From the NCBI GenBank assembly GCA_045534265.1, contig JAZSJH010000006.1, positions 94,741 through 158,740 on the forward strand: 64,000 nucleotides of DNA. The letters run 5' to 3'. The DNA comes from Clostridia bacterium (GTDB taxonomy: Bacteria; Bacillota; Clostridia; Christensenellales; UBA1242). Positions 55,296-64,000 of the stretch are shown piece by piece (the stretch's first letter is position 1; every line of letters starts with the position of its first letter). The position numbers were made by a program, and so were the translations under genes. Below the pieces are notes generated by a model. That model was not told the origin of the DNA. It worked only from the letters and a program-made list of their open reading frames with translations, and ran no database searches.

Positions 55296-56864
55296 ATGGC
55301 ACTTAATTTGATTGATTTTATTAATAATAAAACTGATGGCAAATTCTACTTTTTGAAGTTGTCTGAAGTCGTTTATTTCACAAAACTAAAAAAATGTTTT
55401 GTGTCTTTTATCTATCCACAATCTCAAGATGATTTGACCGAAAGCGACAAGGAAAAAATTGTAGAACTAACAACTAGATTTTTGGACGTAAAAGGCAAGG
55501 TTGAAGTAAAGATAAGAAAAAGCTATATGGACGAAAATCTTATCTACAAAAGCTGTATGAGATTTTTTGAAGAAAACGCAAAGAGTATTGTAGATAACTT
55601 TAACCAAGATACAGTCTTTGTAGAAGTTGATGGCGAAATAGCAACAATTACTATCTTAACCAACAGACATATAGCAGACTATATGGCACAAAAAAATGTA
55701 AAAACAGAACTAATTTCTTATCTTAATACTAATTATTGTGGTAACTTTATTGTTAACATAAAAGAAGAAATACCAGACGAAAACAATGATGAGTTTTTGA
55801 AAGAAAGACAAAGAAGAATAGAAGAGATAAGCTATGCAACTGCATATGCAAACAATCAAAATAGACGTTTTGGTATAGGTGATGTAAAACATATTTTTGG
55901 TGATGAAATAGATGTTATGCCAGAGCATATTGTTGAAGGTGAAGCCGAAAATAGAATCTTTGCTGGCAGGGTAAGATATCTTACTATGAGAAGTTTTACT
56001 AAGCAAAAACTAAACAAAAAAACTGGCGAAGAAGAGACTATCGAAAAGCAATATTTTACTTTTATGCTGCAAGACGGAGCTAAAAGTATCAATGCAACAT
56101 ATTTTCCAACCAAAGCAACCTTACACAAAATGAATCTTATAAGTGATGGCATGACGGTTGTAATAAAAGGTGATGTTAAGCTTTTTAGAGAAAAGTTTAG
56201 TATAACTGTTAAGGCGCTTTCTTTGTGTACGGTGCTTAGTGATGAGGAGCAAAAATTCAAAAAATCAGTTAGCCAATATATGTTTATTAATCCTGAGCCA
56301 TATATTACAGCTAACCAAAACAACTTATTTGAAACACCTGTCGAACAGGAAATTCCTGAGCAGGCAAAAGGTAAGTCTTTTGTTGTGTTTGACCTAGAAA
56401 CAACCGGACTTTCTCCAGAAACAGATGAAATAATTGAAATTGGCGCAGTGAAGATTGTAGATGGGATTTTGAAAGAAACATTTGCTTGTTTTGTAAAACC
56501 ATCTCTTCCAATCCCTGCAGAAGCAACTGCAATTAATAATATCACAAACGAAATGGTTAAAGATGCATATAGCATCAACCAAGTTTTCCCAGACTTTTAT
56601 AAGTTTTGCGAAGGCGCAACGCTTGTTGGCCACAATGCAATAGATTTCGACTGTAAGTTTATTGACAATATCGCAAAGAAAATGGGATATAAAATGACTA
56701 GCGAGCGTATGGATACTCTTATGATGTCAAGAGCTAAACTTTCGCATTTGAGATTCCATAACCTAAAGACTATTTGCGGTTATTTGGGTATAGAACTTGT
56801 TGGCGCTCACAGGGCCGTAAATGATACAATTGCAACTGCTCAAGTTTTTTTGAAATTATTATAA
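55296..56864 (+). CDS. PolC-like N-terminal domain + OB fold + DEDDh 3'-5' exonuclease, without PHP or polymerase domains (522 aa)
   Basis: Exo I FVVFDLETTGL, Exo II LVGHNAIDFDCKF, Exo III HRAVNDTIATAQVF, all close to PolC proofreading motifs. The region at about aa 215-310 has a PolC OB-fold pattern. The gene occupies the polC position upstream of rimP-nusA. Confidence 0.8.
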   Translation: MALNLIDFINNKTDGKFYFLKLSEVVYFTKLKKCFVSFIYPQSQDDLTESDKEKIVELTTRFLDVKGKVEVKIRKSYMDENLIYKSCMRFFEENAKSIVDNFNQDTVFVEVDGEIATITILTNRHIADYMAQKNVKTELISYLNTNYCGNFIVNIKEEIPDENNDEFLKERQRRIEEISYATAYANNQNRRFGIGDVKHIFGDEIDVMPEHIVEGEAENRIFAGRVRYLTMRSFTKQKLNKKTGEEETIEKQYFTFMLQDGAKSINATYFPTKATLHKMNLISDGMTVVIKGDVKLFREKFSITVKALSLCTVLSDEEQKFKKSVSQYMFINPEPYITANQNNLFETPVEQEIPEQAKGKSFVVFDLETTGLSPETDEIIEIGAVKIVDGILKETFACFVKPSLPIPAEATAINNITNEMVKDAYSINQVFPDFYKFCEGATLVGHNAIDFDCKFIDNIAKKMGYKMTSERMDTLMMSRAKLSHLRFHNLKTICGYLGIELVGAHRAVNDTIATAQVFLKLL

Positions 56865-56872
56865 AATAGTAC

Positions 56873-56901
56873 TTGAAATTTGGTATATACTATGATATAA
56901 T
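56873..56901 (+). promoter_or_regulatory. Sigma-A promoter with extended -10 for rimP-nusA-infB operon
   Basis: TTGAAA, 17 nt, TGaTATAAT. Confidence 0.65.
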
Positions 56902-56924
56902 AACTATGCTTAAATAATGGACTG

Positions 56925-56958
56925 ATTAAGAGTGGGCAAACCCACTCTTAATTGTTTG
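56925..56958 (+). promoter_or_regulatory. Leader hairpin / possible attenuator upstream of rimP
   Basis: Perfect 12-bp stem ATTAAGAGTGGG/CCCACTCTTAAT, loop CAAA, followed by an interrupted T-tract TGTTTGT. Confidence 0.5.
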
Positions 56959-56977
56959 TAAAGGGGGTAAAAGAATT

Positions 56978-57445
56978 TTGGCTAGTAAAACAGAGTTACT
57001 TGCGACAGAAGTTGTAGAGCCAATCGTAACAAGCCTTGGTTACGAGCTTGCGGACCTTGAGTTTGCTAAGAAAAATACAGGTATGAATATGACTGTATTT
57101 ATAACCAGACTTGATGGCGAGCCTGTTACAATTGAAGACTGCGAGAAAGTTCACAGAGCCATAGATGAGCCGCTAGATGTTGACGATCCAACAAACGGAG
57201 CAAGCTACATTCTTAATGTTTCGTCTTTGGGGTTGGATAGGATTTTCAAGTACGACAAAGATTATCTTAGATATCTAAACAAAGAAATTCTTGTTAAGCT
57301 TTATGTTCCTATTGATAAGAAAAAAGAGTTTATTGGAATATTAACTGAATTAACCGCAGAAGAAGTAAAACTTAATGTTGATGGCAAAGACATTTCTTTA
57401 CCTCGACAAAAAATAGCTATGGCACAGCCATATATAAGATTTTAG
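56978..57445 (+). CDS. rimP: Ribosome maturation factor RimP
   Basis: Typical N-terminal pattern (VEPIVTSLGYELADLEF) and Sm-like C-terminus. Located upstream of nusA. TTG start behind AAGGGGG. Confidence 0.9.
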   Translation: MASKTELLATEVVEPIVTSLGYELADLEFAKKNTGMNMTVFITRLDGEPVTIEDCEKVHRAIDEPLDVDDPTNGASYILNVSSLGLDRIFKYDKDYLRYLNKEILVKLYVPIDKKKEFIGILTELTAEEVKLNVDGKDISLPRQKIAMAQPYIRF

Positions 57446-57457
57446 GAGAAAATTAAA

Positions 57458-58603
57458 ATGATGACTAATAAAGATTTTTTTAGTGCACTAGAAGATTTGG
57501 CAGCAGAAAAGAAAATTGATAAAGATTATTTTATCGAATCACTTGAGCTTGCTTTGACAGCAGCTTATAAGAAAAATTTTGGAGAAGCATCTTGTGCTAC
57601 TGTAGAATTAAACCCAGAAAAACATACTATTAGAGTTTACAAATACAAAACAGTAGTTGCAACTGAAGAAGAAGTTGAAGATCCAGACAAGGCAATTTCT
57701 CTTGCTGATGCAAAACTTATTAAAAAGACAGTTAAAGTTGGTGACCAACTAAAAGAAGAAGTTACTCCAAAGAACTTTGGTAGAATTTCTGCTCAAATTG
57801 CAAGACAAGTTGTTATGCAAAGATTAAGAGAAGCAGAACAAAATATTGCAAGAGAAGAACTTTCTGAAAAGGAAAACGAACTTATTACTTGCATTATCAA
57901 CAGAGTAGAACTTGATGCTGTTTATGTTGATATTCCTGGCACTCAATCAGAAGGCGTTTTGCAAAAACAAGACCAAATTCCTGGCGAGCATTATGAAAGA
58001 GGCGCTAGACTAAAAGTTTATGTAAAATCTTTGAGAGAAAACGCAAAGGCAAGTTGTGTTCCTGTTACAAGAAGCACTCCAAACTTTGTAAAGAGACTTT
58101 TTGAACTAGAAGTTCCAGAAATTGAAAGCGGCGAAGTTGTTATCAAAGGTATAGTAAGAGAAGCTGGTAACAGAACAAAGATGGCTGTTTATAGCGAAAA
58201 CAAAAACCTAGACCCAGTTGGTGCTTGCGTTGGTAACAAAGGTATGAGAGTAGCTGCTATCATAAACGAACTAAACGGCGAAAAAATTGATATTATCGAA
58301 TGGAGCGAAAACAGCCTAGAATATATTGCAAGAGCCCTAAGCCCTGCAAAAATCGACACTGTATATGCTCTAGAAGCTCCAAACAGTGCAAGAGCAGTAG
58401 TTGCTGATGACAAGCTATCACTTGCTATTGGTAAAGCTGGTCAAAACGTAAGACTAGCAGTTAAACTTACTGGCTGGAACATTGACGTTAAGAGTGAAAC
58501 AGAAGCTAGAAAAATTGACGGAGCATTATTCTTAAACAAAGAAGAAGAAAAGTTTGATATCGGTGACGATATTGATGACGATATCTTAGGAGATATAGAA
58601 TAG
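57458..58603 (+). CDS. nusA: Transcription termination/antitermination factor NusA
   Basis: N-terminal domain, S1 domain, and two KH domains (GACVGNKGMRV, LAIGKAGQNVRLA). Confidence 0.97.
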   Translation: MMTNKDFFSALEDLAAEKKIDKDYFIESLELALTAAYKKNFGEASCATVELNPEKHTIRVYKYKTVVATEEEVEDPDKAISLADAKLIKKTVKVGDQLKEEVTPKNFGRISAQIARQVVMQRLREAEQNIAREELSEKENELITCIINRVELDAVYVDIPGTQSEGVLQKQDQIPGEHYERGARLKVYVKSLRENAKASCVPVTRSTPNFVKRLFELEVPEIESGEVVIKGIVREAGNRTKMAVYSENKNLDPVGACVGNKGMRVAAIINELNGEKIDIIEWSENSLEYIARALSPAKIDTVYALEAPNSARAVVADDKLSLAIGKAGQNVRLAVKLTGWNIDVKSETEARKIDGALFLNKEEEKFDIGDDIDDDILGDIE

Positions 58604-58615
58604 GAGAAACTGTTT

Positions 58616-58876
58616 ATGCAAGAAAAACCACTACGTATGTGTATAGTTTGCAGAAATATGAAAACAAAATCAGAACTTATAAGGGTTGTAAAAAATAAAG
58701 ACGGCGAAATCTTTATTGACAAAACTTTTAAGGCAAATGGTAGAGGCGCTTATATTTGTGCAAATGATGAGTGTATAAAAAAATGCATTAAAACAAAGAC
58801 TCTAAACAAAGCTTTTAAGTGTCAAATAGATGAGCAAACATATGATAAGCTTATGGAGGATACGGTTGGAAAATAA
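58616..58876 (+). CDS. ylxR: YlxR/RnpM (DUF448) RNA-binding protein
   Basis: PLRMCIVCRNMKTKSELIRVV and GRGAYIC motifs. Confidence 0.9.
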   Translation: MQEKPLRMCIVCRNMKTKSELIRVVKNKDGEIFIDKTFKANGRGAYICANDECIKKCIKTKTLNKAFKCQIDEQTYDKLMEDTVGK

Positions 58877-59177
58877 AGTATCAACATATCTTGGGTTTGC
58901 TATAAAATCAAATAAAGTTATATTTGGTTTTGATAACCTAAAAGTTTATAACAAAAAATTATATTTAGTTATTATTTGTAAAAGTGCAAATGAAAAATAT
59001 ATAACATTTGCAAAAGAAAAACAAAACATTACAAAATGTGATGTTTACAAAACGAATGACATTTTGCTAGACGATTTGGTTTTTAAGTCAAATTGCAAAA
59101 TTATAGGTGTTAAGAGCAAAGAATTGGCAACAGCCATCATAAACAATAAAGCAGATATTTTGACAGAGGTGATTTAA
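58866..59177 (+). CDS. ylxQ: L7Ae/YlxQ family RNA-binding protein
   Basis: LGFAIKSNKVIFG pattern. Conserved position between ylxR and infB. Start set to TTG 58866, which lies 7 nt after GGAGGA (track start is 58830). Confidence 0.7.
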   Translation: MENKVSTYLGFAIKSNKVIFGFDNLKVYNKKLYLVIICKSANEKYITFAKEKQNITKCDVYKTNDILLDDLVFKSNCKIIGVKSKELATAIINNKADILTEVI

Positions 59178-59178
59178 T

Positions 59179-61788
59179 TTGGGAACAGAAAAAACAACTG
59201 AAAACAAACAAAACTTAAACAACATTAAAGCAGTAGCAAAACTTCATAATGATGGAGAGATAAATGGGCTATACAAAGACATCAGCGAGATAAACAAAAA
59301 GCTTGCTTCTTTTTCTGATGCTGTAAAAGCAAAAAGAGAAGAACTTGTAAAGAAAGCAAGAGTAGCAAAGCTTACTGAAGATTACGCTAAGTCTCAAGCT
59401 CCACAACCAGAAAAGGTAGAAGCAAAAGTAGAAGCTCCAGCAAAAGCTGTAGAAAGTGTAAAAACTACTCCTGCTGCACCAAAGGTAGAGGAACAACCAA
59501 AAGCTCCTGAAGCAAAAAAATCTGCATCTGCTCAACAACAACCTAAACAAATTTATAGAAGACAAGAAAATCAACGTCCTGAAAGACCATTTAATAACAA
59601 ATTCCAAAACAACCAAAATGGTCAAAAAGACTTTAGACAAAATGGCAAAACACCTGGACAATTTGGTCAAAGACCTTTTGGACAAAACCAAGGTCAAAAA
59701 CCATTTGGACAAGGTCAAAATAAATTCTCAAGAGATGGAAAAGCTCAAACTTCTGGTGCAAAACCATTTGGACCAAAACCTGGCTTTAGTGCAAAGACAG
59801 CAAAAGCAGACCTTACAAGCGCTGCAAGCGTATTTGTAAACAAAGCAAGAGATTATCAAAACAATAGCGTAAAGAAAAAGACTTATGAAAACAAAGGTGA
59901 AGATAAAAAGCTAAACAAAAAGTCTTTGATGAGAAGAGGTCTTGTAGAAGAAAAGAATATCGAAGAGAGAATGGTTAGCAGAAAGCTAAAAATCAAAAAA
60001 CCTAAAAATGATGTTCCAACTCAAGTTGCAGCTCCTGTAACTCACGCTGTTATTACTACACCAAACCTAACAGTAAAACTTTTGTCAGAACAAATTGGTA
60101 AGCCAGTTACTGAAATTATCAAACAATTTATGGTTCTTGGTATTATGACAACAATCAATAGTACAATTGATTTTGCAGCAGCAGAACTTGTATCTAGCGA
60201 ACTTGGTGTTACACTAGAACTAAAGCTTGACAAAACAGCTGAAGAACAATTGCAAGAAATTGCTACAGATAGTGATGAAAATATGGAAAAACGTCCACCT
60301 ATCGTTACCGTTATGGGACACGTTGACCACGGTAAAACATCACTTCTTGACTATATTCGTAAGACAGACGTTATCTCTGGCGAAGCTGGTGGTATCACTC
60401 AACATATTGGTGCTTATTCTATTACTTGGAATAAAGAGCCTATTACCTTTATTGATACTCCAGGACACGAAGCATTTGCTAGTATGAGAGCAAGAGGTGC
60501 TGAGATTACAGATATAGCAGTACTTATCGTAGCTGCTGATGATGGTGTAAAACCACAAACTATCGAAGCTATCAATCACATCAAAGCTGCTAAAGTTCCT
60601 ATGCTTGTAGCTATCAATAAGATTGATAAACCAGAAGCAAATGTCGAAAGAATCAAACAACAACTTGTAGAATACGAAGTAATACCTGAAGAATGGGGCG
60701 GAGATGCTATTATGGTTCCTATCTCAGCTAAAAAGGGTGAAGGTATTGATAAACTTCTAGAAATGATTTTACTTGTTGCAGAAATGCAAGATTTGAAAGC
60801 AAACAAAAACCGTAATGCAGTGGCTTGCGTTGTTGAAGCAAAACTTGACAAAGGTAAAGGCCCTATTGCAAACGTTATTATCCAAAATGGTACTCTTAAA
60901 GTTGGCGATACTATCGTTACAGGCTTTACATCAGGTAGAGTTAGAGGTATCGTTGATGACAAGGGTAAATCAATAAAATCAGCTGGTCCATCTTGTCCTG
61001 TATCTATCCTAGGTCTTGGTTCTGTACCAAACGTAGGCGATACATTGCAAGTGGTTGATGAAAAACTTATCAAGAGCGTTATCGAAGAACGTAAAGCTAA
61101 GATGGCTCAAGATAAGGTCGAAAAAGGCCTTGGAACATCTCTTAATGACTTTTTTAATACTCCAGCTGGCAATGCTAAAAAGGCACTTAACCTTATTATC
61201 AAATCTGACGTTCAAGGTAGTGCTGAGGCATTGAAACAAATGTTACTTAAAGTTAGCAACGAAGAGGCAGAAGTTAAAGTTATTCATAGCGGCGTAGGTG
61301 CTGTAACAGAAACTGATGTTCAACTAGCTCAAGTATCTAATGCAATTATTATTGGCTTTAACGTAAAAGCTGAGAGTAAAGCTGCAGCTTTGGCCGAACA
61401 TAACAAAGTAGAAATTAGAAACTACAGCATCATTTATGAAGCATTAGATGATGTTGAGGCTGCTATAAAAGGTATGCAAGCTCCAAAATATGAAGAAAAA
61501 GTTACTGGTCATGCAGAAGTTAGAATGCTATTTAAGATTAGCTCTGTTGGTACAATCGCGGGTTCTAGAGTCATAGATGGTAAGATTGTAAGAAACGGAT
61601 CTGTTAAAGTTTTAAGAAATGACAAAGTAATTTATGAAGGTAAGATTGCTTCTTTGAAACGTGAAAAAGACGAAGCAAAAGAAGTTGCTAGCGGATACGA
61701 ATGTGGTATCAAAGTTGATGGATTTAACGATATCCTTGAAGGCGATATTATCGAATGTATCGTAAAAGAGAGAATTGAAGTTAAATAA
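59179..61788 (+). CDS. infB: Translation initiation factor IF-2
   Basis: GTPase motifs [21 protein letters not shown], and C-terminal domains. The N-terminal region is low-complexity K/E/P/Q-rich. Confidence 0.97.
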   Translation: MGTEKTTENKQNLNNIKAVAKLHNDGEINGLYKDISEINKKLASFSDAVKAKREELVKKARVAKLTEDYAKSQAPQPEKVEAKVEAPAKAVESVKTTPAAPKVEEQPKAPEAKKSASAQQQPKQIYRRQENQRPERPFNNKFQNNQNGQKDFRQNGKTPGQFGQRPFGQNQGQKPFGQGQNKFSRDGKAQTSGAKPFGPKPGFSAKTAKADLTSAASVFVNKARDYQNNSVKKKTYENKGEDKKLNKKSLMRRGLVEEKNIEERMVSRKLKIKKPKNDVPTQVAAPVTHAVITTPNLTVKLLSEQIGKPVTEIIKQFMVLGIMTTINSTIDFAAAELVSSELGVTLELKLDKTAEEQLQEIATDSDENMEKRPPIVTVMGHVDHGKTSLLDYIRKTDVISGEAGGITQHIGAYSITWNKEPITFIDTPGHEAFASMRARGAEITDIAVLIVAADDGVKPQTIEAINHIKAAKVPMLVAINKIDKPEANVERIKQQLVEYEVIPEEWGGDAIMVPISAKKGEGIDKLLEMILLVAEMQDLKANKNRNAVACVVEAKLDKGKGPIANVIIQNGTLKVGDTIVTGFTSGRVRGIVDDKGKSIKSAGPSCPVSILGLGSVPNVGDTLQVVDEKLIKSVIEERKAKMAQDKVEKGLGTSLNDFFNTPAGNAKKALNLIIKSDVQGSAEALKQMLLKVSNEEAEVKVIHSGVGAVTETDVQLAQVSNAIIIGFNVKAESKAAALAEHNKVEIRNYSIIYEALDDVEAAIKGMQAPKYEEKVTGHAEVRMLFKISSVGTIAGSRVIDGKIVRNGSVKVLRNDKVIYEGKIASLKREKDEAKEVASGYECGIKVDGFNDILEGDIIECIVKERIEVK

Positions 61789-61799
61789 AAGGAGTAAAT

Positions 61800-62162
61800 A
61801 TGGCTTCAAACAACAGAATGGAGAGAATTAACTCTGAAATTCAAAAAGAAATATCAATAATCATTAATAATGAAATCAGTGACCCAAGGGTCTCTGGTTT
61901 TATCTCTGTACTAAAAGTTTCAACAACTCCAGATTTGAAATTTTGCAAAGTATATTTGAGTATTTATAACGATAACAAACAAGAAGCATTTGATGCAATA
62001 AAATCTGCAGGTAATTTTATCCGCAAAAAACTTGCTGCTTCTGTTAAACTTAGAGAAATTCCAAAGTTAATATTTGAACTAGATGATGGAATTGAGTATA
62101 GTAACAAAATCAACAAAATCATTAGTACTTTGGATATTAAACCTTTGGAGGACGAAGAATGA
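61800..62162 (+). CDS. rbfA: Ribosome-binding factor A
   Basis: R..RINSEIQKEISIII...ISDPR pattern. Confidence 0.95.
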   Translation: MASNNRMERINSEIQKEISIIINNEISDPRVSGFISVLKVSTTPDLKFCKVYLSIYNDNKQEAFDAIKSAGNFIRKKLAASVKLREIPKLIFELDDGIEYSNKINKIISTLDIKPLEDEE

Positions 62163-63130
62163 TTTCAATAAAAAAAGTAACAAGTTTTTTGAAATCATAT
62201 AACAGCTTTGCATTGTTTACTCATATAAGCCCAGATGCTGATGCTTTAGGTTCAACTAAGGCATTGAAACTAGCTTTGGAGAGTTTAGGAAAAACAGTGT
62301 ATGTCTTTTGTGACGGAACTGTGACTAAAAACCTTGAGTTTTTGGGTGCGGATTTATGCACTGATATTTCGGTTTTAGACAATGTCGAAGTTGGTGTTTT
62401 GGTTGATTGCAATACACCGCCAAGAGCAGGCAAGTATGCAGAGAATTTTGAAAAACTTCCTGTTAAGATGTGTATTGACCATCATATAAGAGAAAAATAC
62501 AGATTTAACCTTAAATTTGTAGATCCAAATAGTCCTAGCACTTGTGACCTTGTTTATAAAATTATTAACGGTCTTAAAGTGAAGATTACGAAAGAAATTG
62601 CAACGCTTTTATATTCGGGTACTGCAACAGATACGGGTTGTTTCAAAAATACAAATACAACAGCCGGCTGCCATAGAGTTGTTGGTAGCTTGATTGACAA
62701 AAAGTTTGACCTTGAAATGACCAACTTTTATTTGTTTAAGTTCAAGCCAAAAAAGCAAATGGACTTTTATGAGTATTGTTTCAAACATTTGCAATATTTT
62801 GACAACGACAGAATTTTGGTTGTTACAGTGCCTTACAAAGAATACAAAAAAATTGCTGATGTTGTTGAAACAGCAGGTATTTTTGAGTTTTTAACAGGCA
62901 TTGAAGGTAATGAAATTATCCTTAAAATTATTGAAAAAGAGCCAAAGAAATATTCTGTAGCATTAAGATCAAATATTTATGCAAATGTTCAAGAGATAGC
63001 AAGTCAATTCGGTGGCGGTGGTCACAAGATGGCTTCTGGTTGCAGGTTTGAAGGAGACTATAAGGCTAACCTTGAAAAACTACTTTATGCATGTATGAGT
63101 GAGCTAGACAAATATGATAGGGTTGATTAA
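62159..63130 (+). CDS. nrnA: DHH/DHHA1 phosphoesterase (NrnA-type oligoribonuclease/pAp phosphatase)
   Basis: HISPDADALGS, DCN, DHH, and C-terminal GGGHKMASG motifs. Confidence 0.85.
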   Translation: MISIKKVTSFLKSYNSFALFTHISPDADALGSTKALKLALESLGKTVYVFCDGTVTKNLEFLGADLCTDISVLDNVEVGVLVDCNTPPRAGKYAENFEKLPVKMCIDHHIREKYRFNLKFVDPNSPSTCDLVYKIINGLKVKITKEIATLLYSGTATDTGCFKNTNTTAGCHRVVGSLIDKKFDLEMTNFYLFKFKPKKQMDFYEYCFKHLQYFDNDRILVVTVPYKEYKKIADVVETAGIFEFLTGIEGNEIILKIIEKEPKKYSVALRSNIYANVQEIASQFGGGGHKMASGCRFEGDYKANLEKLLYACMSELDKYDRVD

Positions 63131-63968
63131 TTTACATAAACTAAGCGGTATGTCAAGTAGCAGCGCTGTGGTGAAAATAAAAAAACTTACACATATAAGT
63201 CGTGTGGGACATATGGGTACTTTGGACCCCTTAGCTGAAGGCGTACTTATAATTGGTGTTGGCAAAGCAACGAGACTTTTTGATTATTATCTTAGCAAAA
63301 CAAAAACATATATTGCGACGTTTAAGTTTGGTGTTTTGACAGACACTTTAGATAGCGAAGGTGCTATTCAAAAAGAAGGTTTGAAAGTTCCTAACGAAAC
63401 AGAAATAAAAAGTGTTTTGGATAAATTAACAGGCGAAATAAGCCAATATCCGCCGAAATATTCAGCTAAATCTATTAATGGGGTAAAAGCCTATAAACTT
63501 GCAAGACAAGGCTTAGAGGTTGAATTAAAGCCAAAAAACGTATTTATTAATTACATAAAATACCTAGGCAAACTATCAAATGATGAATATAAGTTTGAGA
63601 TAGATTGTTCTTCAGGAACTTACATTAGAAGTATTGCAAGAGATATGGCAAACATGCTAGATACCGAAGCTATAATGACAGCTCTTGTGAGAACAAGATG
63701 CGGAGTGTTTAATTTAGACAATAGTGTAAAACTAGAAGATTTGACCAGCGAAAATATACAAGATTATTTAATAGACCTAAATTATGCTTTGGCTGGTAAT
63801 AAAGAAATAGAAATAGATGCAAATTCTAAAGACAAACTTCTAAATGGTGTGCCTTTAGATGTTGAGCTTGATGATGGACAAGTTGTAGTTAAATTTGAAA
63901 AACAAGTTCTTGGAATAGGCGAAGTTATTTCAAACAAGTTAAAAATCAAAAATTATTTATGGGAGTAA
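63114..63968 (+). CDS. truB: tRNA pseudouridine55 synthase
   Basis: VGHMGTLDPLAEGVL catalytic Asp motif, YPPKYSA, GTYIRS motifs. Confidence 0.95.
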   Translation: MIGLINLHKLSGMSSSSAVVKIKKLTHISRVGHMGTLDPLAEGVLIIGVGKATRLFDYYLSKTKTYIATFKFGVLTDTLDSEGAIQKEGLKVPNETEIKSVLDKLTGEISQYPPKYSAKSINGVKAYKLARQGLEVELKPKNVFINYIKYLGKLSNDEYKFEIDCSSGTYIRSIARDMANMLDTEAIMTALVRTRCGVFNLDNSVKLEDLTSENIQDYLIDLNYALAGNKEIEIDANSKDKLLNGVPLDVELDDGQVVVKFEKQVLGIGEVISNKLKIKNYLWE

Positions 63969-63971
63969 ACT

Positions 63972-64000
63972 ATGATAAGATTTGGTCCTGCAGGAAACAG
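63972..64000 (+). CDS. Start of a further ORF (MIRFGPAGN...), truncated by the window. Possibly a TIM-barrel endonuclease IV-like protein.
   Basis: Only 9 codons are visible. The ATG lies 4 nt after the truB stop. The MxxFGPxGN start resembles TIM-barrel (AP endonuclease 2 family) proteins as I recall them. Confidence 0.25.

Noticed and set aside
55856-56578. 240-aa ORF on the minus strand inside the PolC-like exonuclease gene
   Set aside because: It is fully antisense to a CDS with clear catalytic motifs. The product is a Ser/Leu/Ile/Phe-rich low-complexity sequence typical of shadow frames opposite GAA/AAA-rich coding sequence in AT-rich genomes. There is no SD or promoter.
59560-59800. 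Degenerate tandem repeats in infB encoding (Q/K)PFGQ-type units
   Set aside because: This is low-complexity sequence typical of the poorly conserved, variable N-terminal region of IF-2. The repeats are imperfect at the DNA level, and I see no reason to treat them as a separate element.
60576-61073. 165-aa minus-strand ORF (and the neighbouring ones at 59269-59718 and 60340-60663) inside infB
   Set aside because: These are shadow ORFs antisense to the IF-2 GTPase region. They have no motifs and no RBS, and their composition mirrors the codon bias of the sense strand.
1-64000. Scan of the whole window for CRISPR arrays, IS/transposase or integrase genes, prophage genes, rRNA/tRNA/tmRNA/SRP RNA genes and toxin-antitoxin or restriction-modification modules
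   Set aside because: I found no regularly spaced direct repeats, terminal inverted repeats, recombinase-like ORFs, or tRNA-like cloverleaf candidates in the intergenic regions. The intergenic spaces are accounted for by promoters, terminators, one T-box and the candidates listed in the findings.

Overview
This window is a 64 kb, AT-rich (roughly one-third GC by eye) stretch of chromosome with Bacillota/Clostridia-type gene order. It is almost entirely core housekeeping and is read with the standard code: TGA acts as a stop, for example at the ylxM/ffh TGATG junction. The order is ppdK(partial)-dnaG-rpoD-trmK. A short variable stretch follows, with a secreted protein, a TPR protein, an NMT1/THI5-type ABC importer, valS, and four lineage-specific genes. 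The core then resumes as ylbJ-like/comEB/tmcAL, pta-ackA, yceD-rpmF, plsX-rnc-smc-ftsY-ylxM-ffh-rpsP-khpA-rimM-trmD-rbgA-rnhB-yraN, T-box-tyrS, rplS, comM-dprA-topA-trmFO-hslU-hisS-trxA, nifS-nifU, ruvX, rpsB-tsf-frr-uppS-cdsA-rseP, a PolC-like exonuclease gene, and rimP-nusA-ylxR-ylxQ-infB-rbfA-nrnA-truB. I found no rRNA, tRNA, CRISPR array, transposase, integrase or recognisable defence island. The observations most worth a second look are these. (1) A 522-aa protein in the syntenic polC slot looks like the PolC N-terminal domain, OB fold and proofreading exonuclease, but lacks the PHP and polymerase domains. (2) hslU has no hslV partner in the window, and the C-terminal tail that normally activates HslV is replaced. 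(3) A G10 homopolymer forms most of a 19-nt promoter spacer upstream of a zinc-ribbon/2-TM protein, which suggests a phase-variable switch. (4) A compact promoter-to-terminator unit upstream of rpsB may encode a small RNA. (5) An untracked 46-aa YtxH-like ORF has its Shine-Dalgarno sequence inside the nifU terminator stem. (6) Palindromic candidate operators overlap the nifSU promoter. Several conserved junctions also lack the genes normally found there (fab/acpP, pyrH, xerC/hslV, dxr/proS), which fits a reduced genome. All functional calls come from motifs and synteny read by eye; no database search was run.
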